Source of the DNA: a virus
IMG/VR virus record: IMGVR_UViG_3300018933_000001
Location: 32,001 to 96,000 of that record
DNA: 64,000 nucleotides
Reading direction: 5' to 3' (one strand)
A program made the translations under genes and the position numbers. Shown piece by piece: positions 30,188-41,526 of this stretch (position 1 is the first letter of the stretch; each line of letters opens with the position of its first letter). A model generated the notes under the pieces. That model had not been told where the DNA came from and did no database searches. It saw only the letters and a program-made list of their open reading frames with translations.

Positions 30188-32523
30188 CTGTCTTGGTGTA
30201 TCTACTTTTTAACTCCGGAGGAAAAACATGGTCAGCTTTGGATTTTACCACAAACCTACAGTTATCAGTCAAGAAGAGTTTAGGATTCTTTCATCTATTG
30301 GATTAGAGGAAGATGGGGCTATCTCTAACAACTATGTACCTCAAGATGATTATTTCATGTTCTTAGGAAGAGAAGTAGGTACTAAACAAGGTCTACGTAC
30401 TGAAAAGCAAATACTTAATGCTTGTAGATTGCTTCAAGTAGATAAGGTACTGAGAACACCTAAAAACTCAATACTAAGACTCCGACTCCGAGCTAATCTA
30501 GTAGTTCAAATAGGAGATAGTGTAGTCTACTTTCAGACTAAAGCAGGGGAAGTAGCAGCTAATGAGTATGTAAATAATTGTGTAGGTAGAAAGGTAGGAA
30601 TCTATCATCGCCGAGACAATAAGGAGGATAAACCAGAAGGCATTGAAGACTGTTACTTAGCGCCGGGAGTAATTTACCTCAACACTACTTATGGAGAAGA
30701 TACTTTAGCTCTATTTCTTTCAGAGTTATCTACTTGGCTCAAATGTCCTGTAAAAAAAGAATATCGAGAGTTATTAGCTTACTTAAGGACTAAAGCTACT
30801 AAGAAACATATCACTTCTCAAGCACTAGAGTCTATCTTTGGTAGAAAAGTGATGGAAAGAGTTTCTACTTTGAATGTTTTTTATCCAATAGAAATGGGAG
30901 GTGGTTATGTCAGACTCAACTCAGAAACCCAGATGCAACCAAACTACAGATAAGGATATCGTGATTCTTGTCCTAAATGGCAAAACTCAAAAGCCTTGTA
31001 GTAGAGATGAAGCTTTAACTACTGTGGCTAATTTAGATGACCAAACAACTACTTGGAGCATAATCTCATGACTGTTACTACTTTGACCGTTTTACCGTAT
31101 ATTTTCCCAATCGTTGAATTAGCTATTTCTGATAGACAAACAGATGTAGTAGAAAGAAACAATCTACTTGAAGACTTCCTTCTCTCTAAATTTGACGAGA
31201 TGAAAGAGCTACCTGAGTCATTCAACATTAATGATTTAGCTACTTACTGTTTTGGGAATCAGTATCAAGCCAGTTATCTGCAAGTACGAAACTTCATTAT
31301 CCGAACTAAAGAAGATTTGAAGATTTGTAATAAGGATGTTTTATCTACTGGACTTGCATTAGTATTCGATGAAGGTCTTGAGCTAAAAGAAGCTTGTAAG
31401 AAAGTTCATAAACATTACCGTTCAGGAGGAGCTTATCTCTTTAGTAGAAAGTTTCTGTTCATGCTTTTACTAACTAAGTCTGTTGATTTTCGGATGTTCA
31501 TTCGTAATATTCTAGATGATGAGGGAAAACAAGTCTATGATGTTCCTCATAATTTAGAGGAAAAGTACAACCGAATCACTGATGCAATGTTAGCTGCTTA
31601 GTAGTAATCTAATCTTAGGAGGTGGGATAAAACTCATCTCCTACACTTATTTAACTTATGGAAGAAGAAAAGCTTCACGTTTACTTAATGGCTATGGGGT
31701 TATTAAAAGCTAATAGTCATCTAAGTAGAAAACAATTAGAACTTCTACTAAAAACTGATTCTGATAAATATAGTTTAATGTTCTTTCCTACTGAACCAGG
31801 AATAGACAATCAAGTAAATGCTAGAGTTACTCATATCCAAGATATATTTCTAGCTTATCAAATCTGCTATACTCATTTGCTTTCCTTATATGAAAGACCT
31901 ATTACCTCTATCTGAAGAGTTAAAAGAAAAACTAATAAATGTTCTTAGAGAAACAGTCCAAGAGCTATCTCAGCATAAAGATATTTACTCTACTGCTTTC
32001 CGACTTTACTTTACTGAGTTAGGAAAGATACTAAACAATACTGAGGGATTGGATAGTGAAGAGCTAGTGGATGAGGCAAATATACTTATGGGTGTAATAT
32101 CTGAATACATATTAAATGAAGGAACTATGTACGAGCTAGTAGACTTAGATGAAGATGTTGTAGAATTAGATTAGATGTCTCAGCTTAACCGTTATGACTC
32201 CTGGTATTACTCTACCAACTAAAGAAATCCGAGATATGTTTGAGGATATCTACCCGAGAGAAGTAGATAGCTGGCTATTTGCGTCTTACAGGTTAGGGCT
32301 TCTAACAGTTCTAGTAGAAGGAACTTTTCACATGGAAATTCCTAACAAAGACCCGGAAACTGTAACTGCTTTTAATTCTGGTTATTTAGATGGAATAGCT
32401 CTTAAAAAAAGAAGAAAAGATTTACAGAAGTCTATACCTGTGTCTACTAAACCTACTTATAGTTATCCTCCTACAAAAGAATATCACTCTCCTTTTTAAT
32501 AGTTTTCCACTCAACAACTCTAT

Positions 32524-32558
32524 AGCTATCTAGTAATTCATCTAGGTAGCTTTTATTT
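32524..32558 (+). terminator. Intrinsic terminator
   Basis: AGCTATCTAG/CTAGGTAGCT followed by TTTATTT. Confidence 0.6.
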
Positions 32559-33127
32559 ACTTAATCCCTTTTAACAATAATCTATGAAGAAAACACGCGC
32601 TCAGACTATTTACGATACTTTTAAACCTAAGAACCGTACTTTTGAAGAACACAGACAGATTTTAATTGATTCGGGAGCTTATGATGAAGAAACTTTAGAT
32701 ACTGTTGTAGAAGTAGAAATAGAAGATAGACGTAGAAAGATGTCTTCTTCTATTACTCCTAGAGTAGCAAATTGGGCGGGTCATGACCAAATAAGAGACA
32801 TGATAAAGAGTGATGCTAGAATATCAGACATTCTCACATTTTTAGCAACTATCTTATATGAAAGAATGCAAAAAGCGGGAGGGCAGTTAAGTGCAGAATT
32901 AGTAGAAAAGTGGAGAAATAAAGTTGACCCTCTTTTAGATGAGTTACATTTAGATGAAGCAGTTAAAGTAAGTCTTGAATGGTTTAAAAAAGCAACAACT
33001 TTAGGAGAACTAAATTCCAAAGCAATGAAAGCTTATCTAAATACTAAAACGAGAGGTTCTAAGTCTGAAGAAGTAGATTCTGATAATTTCTTCAAAGAAG
33101 ATGACGATAAACCTAACTAATAAAACT

Positions 33128-33379
33128 ATGAAACTTTACTTAGTATCTAGAACAGATAGATGGTCTTGGGATGATTACGACTCTTTTGTAGTAGCTGCTG
33201 AGAATGAAGAGAGTGTTCTAGATTTTCATCCTAAAGGACAGTATTATCTAACTGAAAGGGATGTAAGAAACGGAATCTACCATGGTTGGACATCTAAACA
33301 AAACATAAATATAGAATGTATAGGAGAATCTAATAGCTTAGTCGAAAAAGTTATTATTTCCTCATTTAACGCTGGGTAA
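33128..33379 (+). CDS. Conserved small phage protein
   Basis: MKLYLVSR...YDSFVVAAENEE...VIISSFNAG pattern common in phages. Confidence 0.65.
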   Translation: MKLYLVSRTDRWSWDDYDSFVVAAENEESVLDFHPKGQYYLTERDVRNGIYHGWTSKQNINIECIGESNSLVEKVIISSFNAG

Positions 33380-33436
33380 TTCAAGACCAAGACAAAGTTA
33401 CAATATAACAACTACTTAGAAAACGAGAAAACAAAT

Positions 33437-33961
33437 ATGTCTAATTCTACTTCTTACGTTACAACTGTCACAGGTGCTTTAATCGGTAATCCTAAAAAGA
33501 CTGTAGTTGAGGGAAAGAAAGGTAAAATCACTATCTGGAATTTAGCAATGGCAAAAGATGCTAAAGATGGTGGGAGAAAAGGCGAAGAAAAAGGAGATGC
33601 TAAAGCTACTTACTGGTTTAATATTACTTATCGTGGGGATAATGAGATATTAGAGAATGCTAAGAAAGGTACAGTTCTAACCCTAACGTGTACTAAACCT
33701 TATCTAATGGATGAGTATACTTACTCTCCTTACAGTTTTAACTCTGAAAAAGGCTATGCTAGTGCGAGTGAAAAGTTAGATGCTTTTGGTATTACTTATG
33801 GTTCTTATGTAACTAAGAAAGAAGGGGATAGCAAGCCAGTTGAAGAAAAAGAAGAAGATGCAGATGCTTTCTTTACTGAAGATGATGGTTTAGTTCCTAC
33901 TACACCTAAATCCGCTAAAATGGCAGAAATAGAAAGTGAATTTCTTGGTGAAGATGAGTAA
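33437..33961 (+). CDS. Single-stranded DNA-binding protein (putative)
   Basis: OB-like TVTGALIGNP...TYWFNITY...KKGTVLTL plus acidic C-terminal tail; lies in the replication cluster. Confidence 0.6.
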   Translation: MSNSTSYVTTVTGALIGNPKKTVVEGKKGKITIWNLAMAKDAKDGGRKGEEKGDAKATYWFNITYRGDNEILENAKKGTVLTLTCTKPYLMDEYTYSPYSFNSEKGYASASEKLDAFGITYGSYVTKKEGDSKPVEEKEEDADAFFTEDDGLVPTTPKSAKMAEIESEFLGEDE

Positions 33962-34005
33962 ATAGATAATAGATTCTAGTACAGTAGGGTTAGGATTAAA
34001 GGGTT

Positions 34006-34040
34006 TAGGGCTGGTTGCTTAGGTAGCTAGCTCTATTTTA
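34006..34040 (+). terminator. Intrinsic terminator
   Basis: TAGGGCTGGTTGC/GTAGCTAGCTCTA followed by TTTTT. Confidence 0.6.
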
Positions 34041-34405
34041 TTGTTCACAAGTATAGTTGTAAAAATGAAAGAGATTAGCGAATATAGAAAATCTGCAACT
34101 ATTTACTTTGTCCCAAATCTAAGGAATGGCAACAGTCTTAAGATAGAGTTTGGTAACTTTGATGTAGATATTTTCAACAACGTACTTAAGAAGTTGAGAA
34201 ATTTAGGTTTTAGCTGTAGTGAAGCCGTAAGTCACAGTAATTGTATTGGACGACCTAACATAATAGATATCTCTCTTGATTTATGTGTAGATGAGAAAGA
34301 AGTAGCACACGACCTGTTCAATTATTTAGAAACTAAACTAGGTAAAGACCAAGTAATTGACCGTATCAGAAGTACAATAAGGAAGGAGAATAATAATATG
34401 AAAAA

Positions 34406-35257
34406 ATGAAGATAGAGCTAGTAAAGACTGCTAACGAAAGATATTATAAAGTAGATGGTGAGAAATGTCCTAGTGTCACGCAAGTTATCTCTTACCACGA
34501 AGATAAGAAGTTTCTTGAGGATTGGAAAGCTAGAAATCCTTTAAAAGCTGATACAACTTCTTCTTCTGCTCGGATGAGAGGGACTAAAATACATCAAGCT
34601 CTGTTCTATTATCATACTAATAGACCTAAATATCTCTCTTTTGCTGAGAAGCTTTGTACTGAGGATAAAAAGTATTTAGCTCAATATGCAGACCTAATGA
34701 GGATAACTCTTAGAGCAGAATTTAAAGAGCAGAAAGTAGGTTATTTAGAACCTAAGTCATCTCAAGGTTTTGGTGGAAAGCTAGATAACATTTCTCTATT
34801 AGATACTAAAGAGTTCGTTTATTATAAATCTACTAAACCAGTCTTTACTAACCCACAAGAATATTTCGTAATAGATTATAAGAATCCAAATAAAGCTAAG
34901 AAACCTGAGCATCTTATAAGCTATTGTCTTCAGTTAGCTGCTTATTGTGCTGCTTTTAACTTTGGAAGTCTCTTAACTTATAGATTGAACAAAGCCCTTT
35001 TAGTAATAGTAAGTCCGAAGATGACTACTTATTACTATCTATCTCCTGAGAAGTTGAGTAAATATTGGGGATTATACAAACAGTTATTAGACGGATATTA
35101 CTCAAAGAAGAAAGTTAACTGGACAAAGCTAAAAGAAGAGTTGGGAATCTTTGAAGATGAAAGAGGTTATCCGAGTATAGCTAAATTTAACTTTCTACCA
35201 GAACGTATTGAGTTGAGAAAGAGTCAAGTAGAAGTAGAGGAAGAGGTACTATTCTAA
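34406..35257 (+). CDS. PD-(D/E)XK exonuclease (Cas4/MGME1-like phage exonuclease)
   Basis: PSVTQVI, RGTKIH, GGKLD, VIDYKN, LQLAAY motifs. Confidence 0.85.
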   Translation: MKIELVKTANERYYKVDGEKCPSVTQVISYHEDKKFLEDWKARNPLKADTTSSSARMRGTKIHQALFYYHTNRPKYLSFAEKLCTEDKKYLAQYADLMRITLRAEFKEQKVGYLEPKSSQGFGGKLDNISLLDTKEFVYYKSTKPVFTNPQEYFVIDYKNPNKAKKPEHLISYCLQLAAYCAAFNFGSLLTYRLNKALLVIVSPKMTTYYYLSPEKLSKYWGLYKQLLDGYYSKKKVNWTKLKEELGIFEDERGYPSIAKFNFLPERIELRKSQVEVEEEVLF

Positions 35258-35258
35258 A

Positions 35259-35870
35259 ATGGAAGATACAGTTACTCTAGAAGTTAAGTTACGTGGTGGG
35301 GAAGCTCTTTTTGTAACACCTATAAGTCGTAATTGGTGTGATAAGAATAATAAGTTTCACATTTACGATACTTTAGAATTTTCACCTACTATACCTTGGC
35401 AGTTAAAAATAGGTAACTATGGAGAACGGACTCCTTACTTAAGATTCTGGTTTACTAAAATTACAAGAGCTATCAAAGCTTTTTTAGAGACGTTTCCTGA
35501 CAATATTAAAGAATTTACTGGTTCAAATGTTTTTAATTCTTGGTTTTCAAATAGAACTTGGTATTGGGGAAAATATCACATTGAAAAAGAACTAAGCAAT
35601 GACTGGTTTTATGCAGTAGATATTTTTAAACCCGAACCATTACATATCAACGGAAATATAGAAGTAGGTTCATCAGAGTATATTGATTGGAGTAGCAGCT
35701 ATCCACCTCCTAGTTCTTTATGGATAGAAGAGAGATTGAGAGAAAGATTTCATGTTTGGACATTTGACAAAGAAGAAGATAAGATAGCAGAAGAGAAGTT
35801 CTGGAAGTGGAGACAAGAGCAAATAGATAAAGGTTACAAAGTCTACTATATTACATCACTGGAGACATAA
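35259..35870 (+). CDS. Hypothetical protein, tandem paralog of 35872
   Basis: Both begin MED..T..VKL and end YITSLET. Confidence 0.75.
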   Translation: MEDTVTLEVKLRGGEALFVTPISRNWCDKNNKFHIYDTLEFSPTIPWQLKIGNYGERTPYLRFWFTKITRAIKAFLETFPDNIKEFTGSNVFNSWFSNRTWYWGKYHIEKELSNDWFYAVDIFKPEPLHINGNIEVGSSEYIDWSSSYPPPSSLWIEERLRERFHVWTFDKEEDKIAEEKFWKWRQEQIDKGYKVYYITSLET

Positions 35871-35871
35871 A

Positions 35872-36507
35872 ATGGAAGATATTATAACTACTCAAGTTAA
35901 GCTAAAAAGTTTTAATGGTGAAGGTTTATGGGTAACTCCTGTAAGTTATATGTCTTGTGATTATTGGGGAGAAAACAAACTGAGGCTATACCATACTTTA
36001 GAATTTCCTCCAGATATCGACAGAGGAAGTGTACTAAAAGATTCTGCACATAATAATTTTTCTCATTTTCCTAAGTTATTTTGGTTATACTCTTGTGATG
36101 TAATTAAGTCCGTTACTCAGCAGTTATTTTCTAATTGTGAAAACTTCTTTGGAGTTGCTGTGTTTGACAGAGTGTTTTCTAGAAGAAGTTGGTGGAATAA
36201 TGTCTACTATTCTATTCAAAGTTCTTTAGAGAAAGATTGGTTTTATTGTAAAGAAGTATACCCTGTAAACTTTCATATAGAAGGAAACATAGAATTAGTT
36301 AGAGAGTTGGGTGAGGGTTATTGGGATGAGATATACTTAACACCTACAGATAGGTGGGTTGAAGAGAGGTTAGCTGAAAAACATTTATATACCTTAAATG
36401 ATAACAAAGACCAAGTAATAGAATCGTTAGAAAACTTCTATCAGTGGAAGAAAGAACAGGAAGATAAAGGTTTAAGTATTTCTTACATTACTTCCTTAGA
36501 AACTTAA
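35872..36507 (+). CDS. Hypothetical protein, tandem paralog of 35259
   Basis: Collinear similarity with 35259 over the full length. Confidence 0.75.
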   Translation: MEDIITTQVKLKSFNGEGLWVTPVSYMSCDYWGENKLRLYHTLEFPPDIDRGSVLKDSAHNNFSHFPKLFWLYSCDVIKSVTQQLFSNCENFFGVAVFDRVFSRRSWWNNVYYSIQSSLEKDWFYCKEVYPVNFHIEGNIELVRELGEGYWDEIYLTPTDRWVEERLAEKHLYTLNDNKDQVIESLENFYQWKKEQEDKGLSISYITSLET

Positions 36508-36603
36508 GTAACTTAGATAAGTAGTTTAGTTCCGTATGTTGTGTTTGATATATGGAACTAATTTAGCATCTACTAATATATTAATTACTTTTGGAGGTTA
36601 TAT

Positions 36604-37497
36604 GTGGATATATTAGATTTATTTAAGCAACGATTCGACTATATAAGAGAAGTTCCTTCTGAATTAGAGTATAGATGTCCCTTTTGTAATAATGAAGGAC
36701 TTAAGATAAATAAATTTACAGGTAAATATGACCTTTATAACTGTAGATGTGATGTCAAGAGAATATATCCTTACTTAACTAAGGATTCTGATACTCCTTA
36801 TGTACCTAAACTGAGACAAGTACCTAAGATAATAGAACCAGTACCTAATCTACTAGACGTTAAGCTAGCTACTATTACTAATTCATCTTCAGTAACAGAC
36901 CTCAATGACAAGTATAGGAACTTAGATGGTGAAGTAGTGTACAAGCATTCTAACTACCAAAGAGCTAAGAGGATTAATAGAGTTAGGTCTACTGGTAAGA
37001 AAATAGTCATACCCCAAGTCCTTATTAAAGGTAGTTGGGTTAATGGTATAGGAGAAGGTACATTTCCACTATTTACTAATCAAAGAACATTATTAGGAGA
37101 ACTAATAATAGTAGTGGAGGGGCAGAAGTGTGTTGAGTACCTTAACTATAAGCAGATAGAAGCAATTAGTTTATTGGGTAGTTACACAACATCTATTACT
37201 AAGATACAAGAAGTAATAGATATAAGTAGGAGTTTAGTACCTAATGTTAAACAGTTTCTTTATCTACCTGACCTAGATGCAGTTGGATTAAACAAAGCGC
37301 TTATATTTCAAAAAGCAGTATGGGAGATGAAATTACCTTGCAAGATATTTGATTTAAGAACTAAGTTGTTAGAACCTAAAGGGTGTGGACTAGATTTTAA
37401 AAGAGGTTATGACGTGGCAGATTATATATTAGAGTTTCCTGATAGTAACCTAGTGAGTGTATTGGAAGATGAGTTCAGAGATACAAGTAGATATTAA
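36604..37497 (+). CDS. DNA primase (Zn finger + TOPRIM)
   Basis: CPFC...CRC; IIVVEGQK; PDLDAVG; DVADY. Confidence 0.8.
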   Translation: MDILDLFKQRFDYIREVPSELEYRCPFCNNEGLKINKFTGKYDLYNCRCDVKRIYPYLTKDSDTPYVPKLRQVPKIIEPVPNLLDVKLATITNSSSVTDLNDKYRNLDGEVVYKHSNYQRAKRINRVRSTGKKIVIPQVLIKGSWVNGIGEGTFPLFTNQRTLLGELIIVVEGQKCVEYLNYKQIEAISLLGSYTTSITKIQEVIDISRSLVPNVKQFLYLPDLDAVGLNKALIFQKAVWEMKLPCKIFDLRTKLLEPKGCGLDFKRGYDVADYILEFPDSNLVSVLEDEFRDTSRY

Positions 37498-38872
37498 GAT
37501 AAGTGAGATAAAAGAACAGTATCTTCAAGCATTAGATAACTTACATCTAAAAGCGGAAGAAGAAATTCTTGATGAAGTAGATTTAGAATACGCATTAGAT
37601 AAGATACACAAGGTATATGGAGTTAATCTAGGAGTCAAAGATACTCAGACGGTCACAAGACATTATCTTAGTAGAAGGAACACTACTCTAGATGTTAAGA
37701 AATACTACACTATTAAGGAAGTAATCAACTTTAAGAACAATGAGCTTACTGGTTCTATTGTTCCTAGATTAGTTCCTACTGGAGTAACTATTATAAGAGC
37801 GCCTGCTAAGCAAGGTAAAAGTAGATTAATATATGCTCTACTTAAGTCTATCTATATTACTAAGGAGTTTCTAGGTCTTCCTACTAGGAGATGTGGGATT
37901 ACTATTGTCTATCAAGCTGAAGAACCTATGACTATAGTAAGAAATAGATTCCTTAGTAATAGATTTGATGATGATGATAATCCAGATGTACGTGACTTAA
38001 TAGAAAACGATAAGATAATTATTGTTAGACAAATTAACATTGCTAAAGGTATTGACCAGATAAAGAGAGATGTCAGGAAGTTCTCTAAGAAACACAAAGT
38101 AGATTTAATAGTAGTAGATACGCTAAGAGCTGCTATGAGGTCTGCTAGTGTATCTGAGAACAGTGCAGATTGGGCTAATCCTTCTGGACTTCTGCAAGAT
38201 TATGCTAATGGACAAAATATAGCTATTATATTACTACATCACCATAACAAGAACGGTAAATCCTCAGGTACATCTGCTCTTGACGGTAATGCTAATATGC
38301 TTTGGGATGTTACTTACTATGAAGGTGAGAAATATTCTAAGAAGTCTCTAGTAATAAAGACTACTCCTAGAGATGGTACAGGAGCTAGCTTTGTAGTTGA
38401 TTTTAAGAAAGACCTTAAGTTGTTAGAAGAGGAAGGAGTAACACCTGACCTTACCACATTAGAAGTTAAGATAATCAACTTATTAAAGCAAGAGGAGAAC
38501 AGAGAAGGAGTAGTGGACTTAGGTTTATCAGTGGAGGAATTAGCAGAACAACTAGGAGTAGAAAGTATTGAGAAGCTAGAGTTAGCCTTAGATAGACTAC
38601 TTGAGAGTTCTTTCTTAGAGAGTAATAGAAGTAAAGGTAGGAACTTCTACTATATTCCTAACTACATCCTAGAGTTATATGGTGACTTAGGTATATTAGG
38701 TAAAGCAGAAGAACTAGACTTAAGACTTCAGGATATCTCAGTTCAAGTACAGTCAGCTACTACTAAGCAAGAGTTTTTAGATGCTTTTAAAGGAATGACT
38801 GTTAGAGATAAAGAAGTTGTGTTCAGACTTCTACCAGTTGAAGAACAAGAACGTTTAAAATCACTAACATAA
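37457..38872 (+). CDS. RepA/AAA_25-type replicative helicase
   Basis: Walker A APAKQGKS, YQAEE, Walker B LIVVDT, LLHHHNK, SGTSA; likely start ATG 37469. Confidence 0.85.
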   Translation: MYWKMSSEIQVDIKISEIKEQYLQALDNLHLKAEEEILDEVDLEYALDKIHKVYGVNLGVKDTQTVTRHYLSRRNTTLDVKKYYTIKEVINFKNNELTGSIVPRLVPTGVTIIRAPAKQGKSRLIYALLKSIYITKEFLGLPTRRCGITIVYQAEEPMTIVRNRFLSNRFDDDDNPDVRDLIENDKIIIVRQINIAKGIDQIKRDVRKFSKKHKVDLIVVDTLRAAMRSASVSENSADWANPSGLLQDYANGQNIAIILLHHHNKNGKSSGTSALDGNANMLWDVTYYEGEKYSKKSLVIKTTPRDGTGASFVVDFKKDLKLLEEEGVTPDLTTLEVKIINLLKQEENREGVVDLGLSVEELAEQLGVESIEKLELALDRLLESSFLESNRSKGRNFYYIPNYILELYGDLGILGKAEELDLRLQDISVQVQSATTKQEFLDAFKGMTVRDKEVVFRLLPVEEQERLKSLT

Positions 38873-38883
38873 AATATAAAAAC

Positions 38884-39726
38884 ATGGAAAAGATAAATGA
38901 AATGAGTCAAACCAAATATTTAAGCATTTCTTCAGAACAATTTGTTGCTTGTTATTATGACTATGACTTTGCATATGAAATTGAGTGGAAAGGCCCAAAA
39001 GATAAACCGGAGAAACAATTAGAATACCTCAAATGGGGAGCTGCTAAATATCTATTAACTAAGCATTTTCCTACTTTTCATGTTGAATTACTAGAAGATA
39101 ATCAAGGTCTACCAGCTTTTAGAACACCTAATAACTTACTTAAAGAGGATGCTAGAGAGGCTTTCTTTGAACGTATAGCTAAGATTAAAACTTCCCTTGA
39201 AGAAGATAGAGTTACTTATGAAAAAACTCCACAAAGAGACCAGTGGAAAGTACAAAAAGAAATAGATAAAAAAGAGAAAGAGATAGTTAGTATCCAGAAC
39301 CAGTTATTCTACGACAATAGCGGTTATTATCTTAAACCTTATTTAGTAGACTCAGAAACAGGATTGAGAACTCCTTATCTCTTCTTTCCTTTGATGGATT
39401 ACAATAATGATCCAATCTATCAAGCTGATTCTAGAGATATATCTGATAACATTCAAAGAGCTTTGGTTAAATGTATTGCTTATTACACTGGGATTGGACT
39501 TCTACTTTATACTCGTGGAGTCGGAATTGGTAAAGATAAAGTTTGCGACAGTGAGAAATTTAAGAAGATAGACGAGATTGTTAGAAAGTCAGCAAGATTG
39601 GGAAGACAAGTAGATAGGAGTATAGTTAATTTCGGTACTTCTACTATAATGCTTGATAAAGTGATTAAGGATTTAGATAAAGAAGTAGCGGAAAAACTAG
39701 CAGCTAGACAAGCTAAAGTTCAGTAG
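38884..39726 (+). CDS. Single-strand annealing protein, Sak3/DUF1071-like
   Basis: YLKWG...FPLMDYNN...DISDNIQRALVKCIA...GIGLLLY. Confidence 0.75.
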   Translation: MEKINEMSQTKYLSISSEQFVACYYDYDFAYEIEWKGPKDKPEKQLEYLKWGAAKYLLTKHFPTFHVELLEDNQGLPAFRTPNNLLKEDAREAFFERIAKIKTSLEEDRVTYEKTPQRDQWKVQKEIDKKEKEIVSIQNQLFYDNSGYYLKPYLVDSETGLRTPYLFFPLMDYNNDPIYQADSRDISDNIQRALVKCIAYYTGIGLLLYTRGVGIGKDKVCDSEKFKKIDEIVRKSARLGRQVDRSIVNFGTSTIMLDKVIKDLDKEVAEKLAARQAKVQ

Positions 39727-40468
39727 TTCTTATGAGTGGATGTAGTTATTCTATGTCCACTTCTACTTATTAATTAAAGGAGTCTCTTATGTTTGCAAGA
39801 TGTTTAGATGAGTTTATTAGTAAAGTAGTTAAGTTCACTCACGGAGCTAAAGAGGAAAGAGATTTTGAATTAATTCAGTATGATAAGTATGAAATCTATT
39901 TAGTACCAAGACAAGAAGGTGTTTGGGATTGTTCTATTTATAACTACGGAAAACAAGTTAAGATAGTTCAAGACATTCATTTATCTAAAGATGAAATAGC
40001 TAAATTAGCTAAAGAGTGGATTGATGAGTTATGAATCTATTAGAAAAATGTTCCCGAAGTTTCAGTCTTTGGTTGATGAAGATGGCTTATCGTGGGATGA
40101 ATGAAGCAGAAAAACTACAAGCACAAAACGATGCAACTCTTAGAATTCGTCACTTGAGAATGGATTTTGATTTTGAGTTAGCTGATATGTGGGTTGATTT
40201 CTACATTTGGACAACTACTTATAAGGACTAGATATGACTGTTTTACAATTTTTAGCTTTACATATTGTAGGTTCTGCTCTAAAAGTATCTTGGTTCTTTT
40301 TTAATGAGATACAAAAAGACAGAACACTTAAAGTAATAGAACAAGAGTTACATGATTTATTAGTTATAGGTACTTATAGTGAACTAGCCTCAGAGGTACA
40401 AGAACTCTATATCTGGTTGTTAGAGCATTAGTTAAGGAGGTTATTTATTACTTACCTTAATTAGAACT

Positions 40469-40861
40469 ATGAATAAAGAATTAGTTAGACAATGGGTAGA
40501 AGCTTTAAGAAGCGGTAAATACAAGCAAGGAAGACTGTCACTAAGAGATATTAATGATAAATTTTGTTGTTTAGGGGTTCTTTGTGATATTGCTAAAGGT
40601 AATTTAAATCTAGATTGGAGGTTAGGTACTTCTGAAGATATCTGTTACGAGATAGAAGACACTACAACAGTAGTTCCCGAATCAATATTAGAATTCTTAG
40701 GAGTAAACATTCATAAAGCTTTCATAAATGCAGGAGACTTGCGTTATGACCTAGGAATACCTTCAAATGAATCAAAGATGTCTTTAATAGACTTAAATGA
40801 CTACTATAAAGTATCTTTTAACGAAATAGCAGACATTATAGAAGAAGAGTTCCTTAAGTAG
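40469..40861 (+). CDS. Conserved phage protein
   Basis: WVEALRSGKYKQG...FCCLGVLCD...LND...SFNEIADIIE. Confidence 0.7.
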   Translation: MNKELVRQWVEALRSGKYKQGRLSLRDINDKFCCLGVLCDIAKGNLNLDWRLGTSEDICYEIEDTTTVVPESILEFLGVNIHKAFINAGDLRYDLGIPSNESKMSLIDLNDYYKVSFNEIADIIEEEFLK

Positions 40862-40867
40862 ATAGCA

Positions 40868-40906
40868 AGAAGAATCCTCTAAAGTTATTAGCTCTAGAGG
40901 ACTTCT
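40868..40906. terminator. Hairpin between convergent genes (possible bidirectional terminator)
   Basis: AGAAG.ATCCTCTA / TAGAGGACTTCT inverted repeat. Confidence 0.5.
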
Positions 40907-40924
40907 ACTACTTATCAACTAACT

Positions 40925-41179
40925 CTAATAAGAAAACAAATCTCGGTAACTAAGACCTACTCGCTCATAACAAACAGCAGCATTTGCTAACATTCTTATT
41001 TTCTGAATCTCACGCAAAATAGTAGTCAATTCAGCAGGATTTTTAACTACTTCTGCTAATTGTTTTGCATATTCAATAGAAGCTTGGTTTACTTTGTTAT
41101 GTAGTTCCTTATCTTCTTCAGTATTAGGAGGATGGTAGCTAAATAAATCTTCTAACTTGGTCAGGAATTCTTGAGTCAT
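40925..41179 (-). CDS. Acb2/Tad1-like helical-hairpin protein (candidate immune-signal sponge)
   Basis: FSYHPP...helix...LREIQKIRMLANAAV resembles the FTYHxP...KLEEAxMWANAAIA family; has its own extended -10 (TGTTAAACT, minus strand, ~41202-41210). Confidence 0.5.
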   Translation of the reverse strand: MTQEFLTKLEDLFSYHPPNTEEDKELHNKVNQASIEYAKQLAEVVKNPAELTTILREIQKIRMLANAAVCYERVGLSYRDLFSY

Positions 41180-41526
41180 GTCTGTTAATTAAGTACATCT
41201 ATTAGAGTTTAACACAAAGTAATATGGATATAATTACGGATGTTCGTTGTCAAAATAGCAGAGTATTTATCACTGTTTCAGATGGTTCTTTAATACAGTT
41301 TGGACTTGATGACAACTTTATTTCTCAAATAGAACAAGAGAAAGTTTTTCTAATTGGTGCAGAGATTACAAGTTTTACAAATGATACTGAGAAAGGTTTT
41401 TTTCAGTTAAAGTTTAAGTCTTTAGAAGGTAGAAGCAGATTTTTAGAGTTTTCTTATGATACCTTGGCTCAGAAAGAGTTTGAACAACGTTTAAGGGAAA
41501 TGAATTAGCTCTCTTTATAAGTAGAT

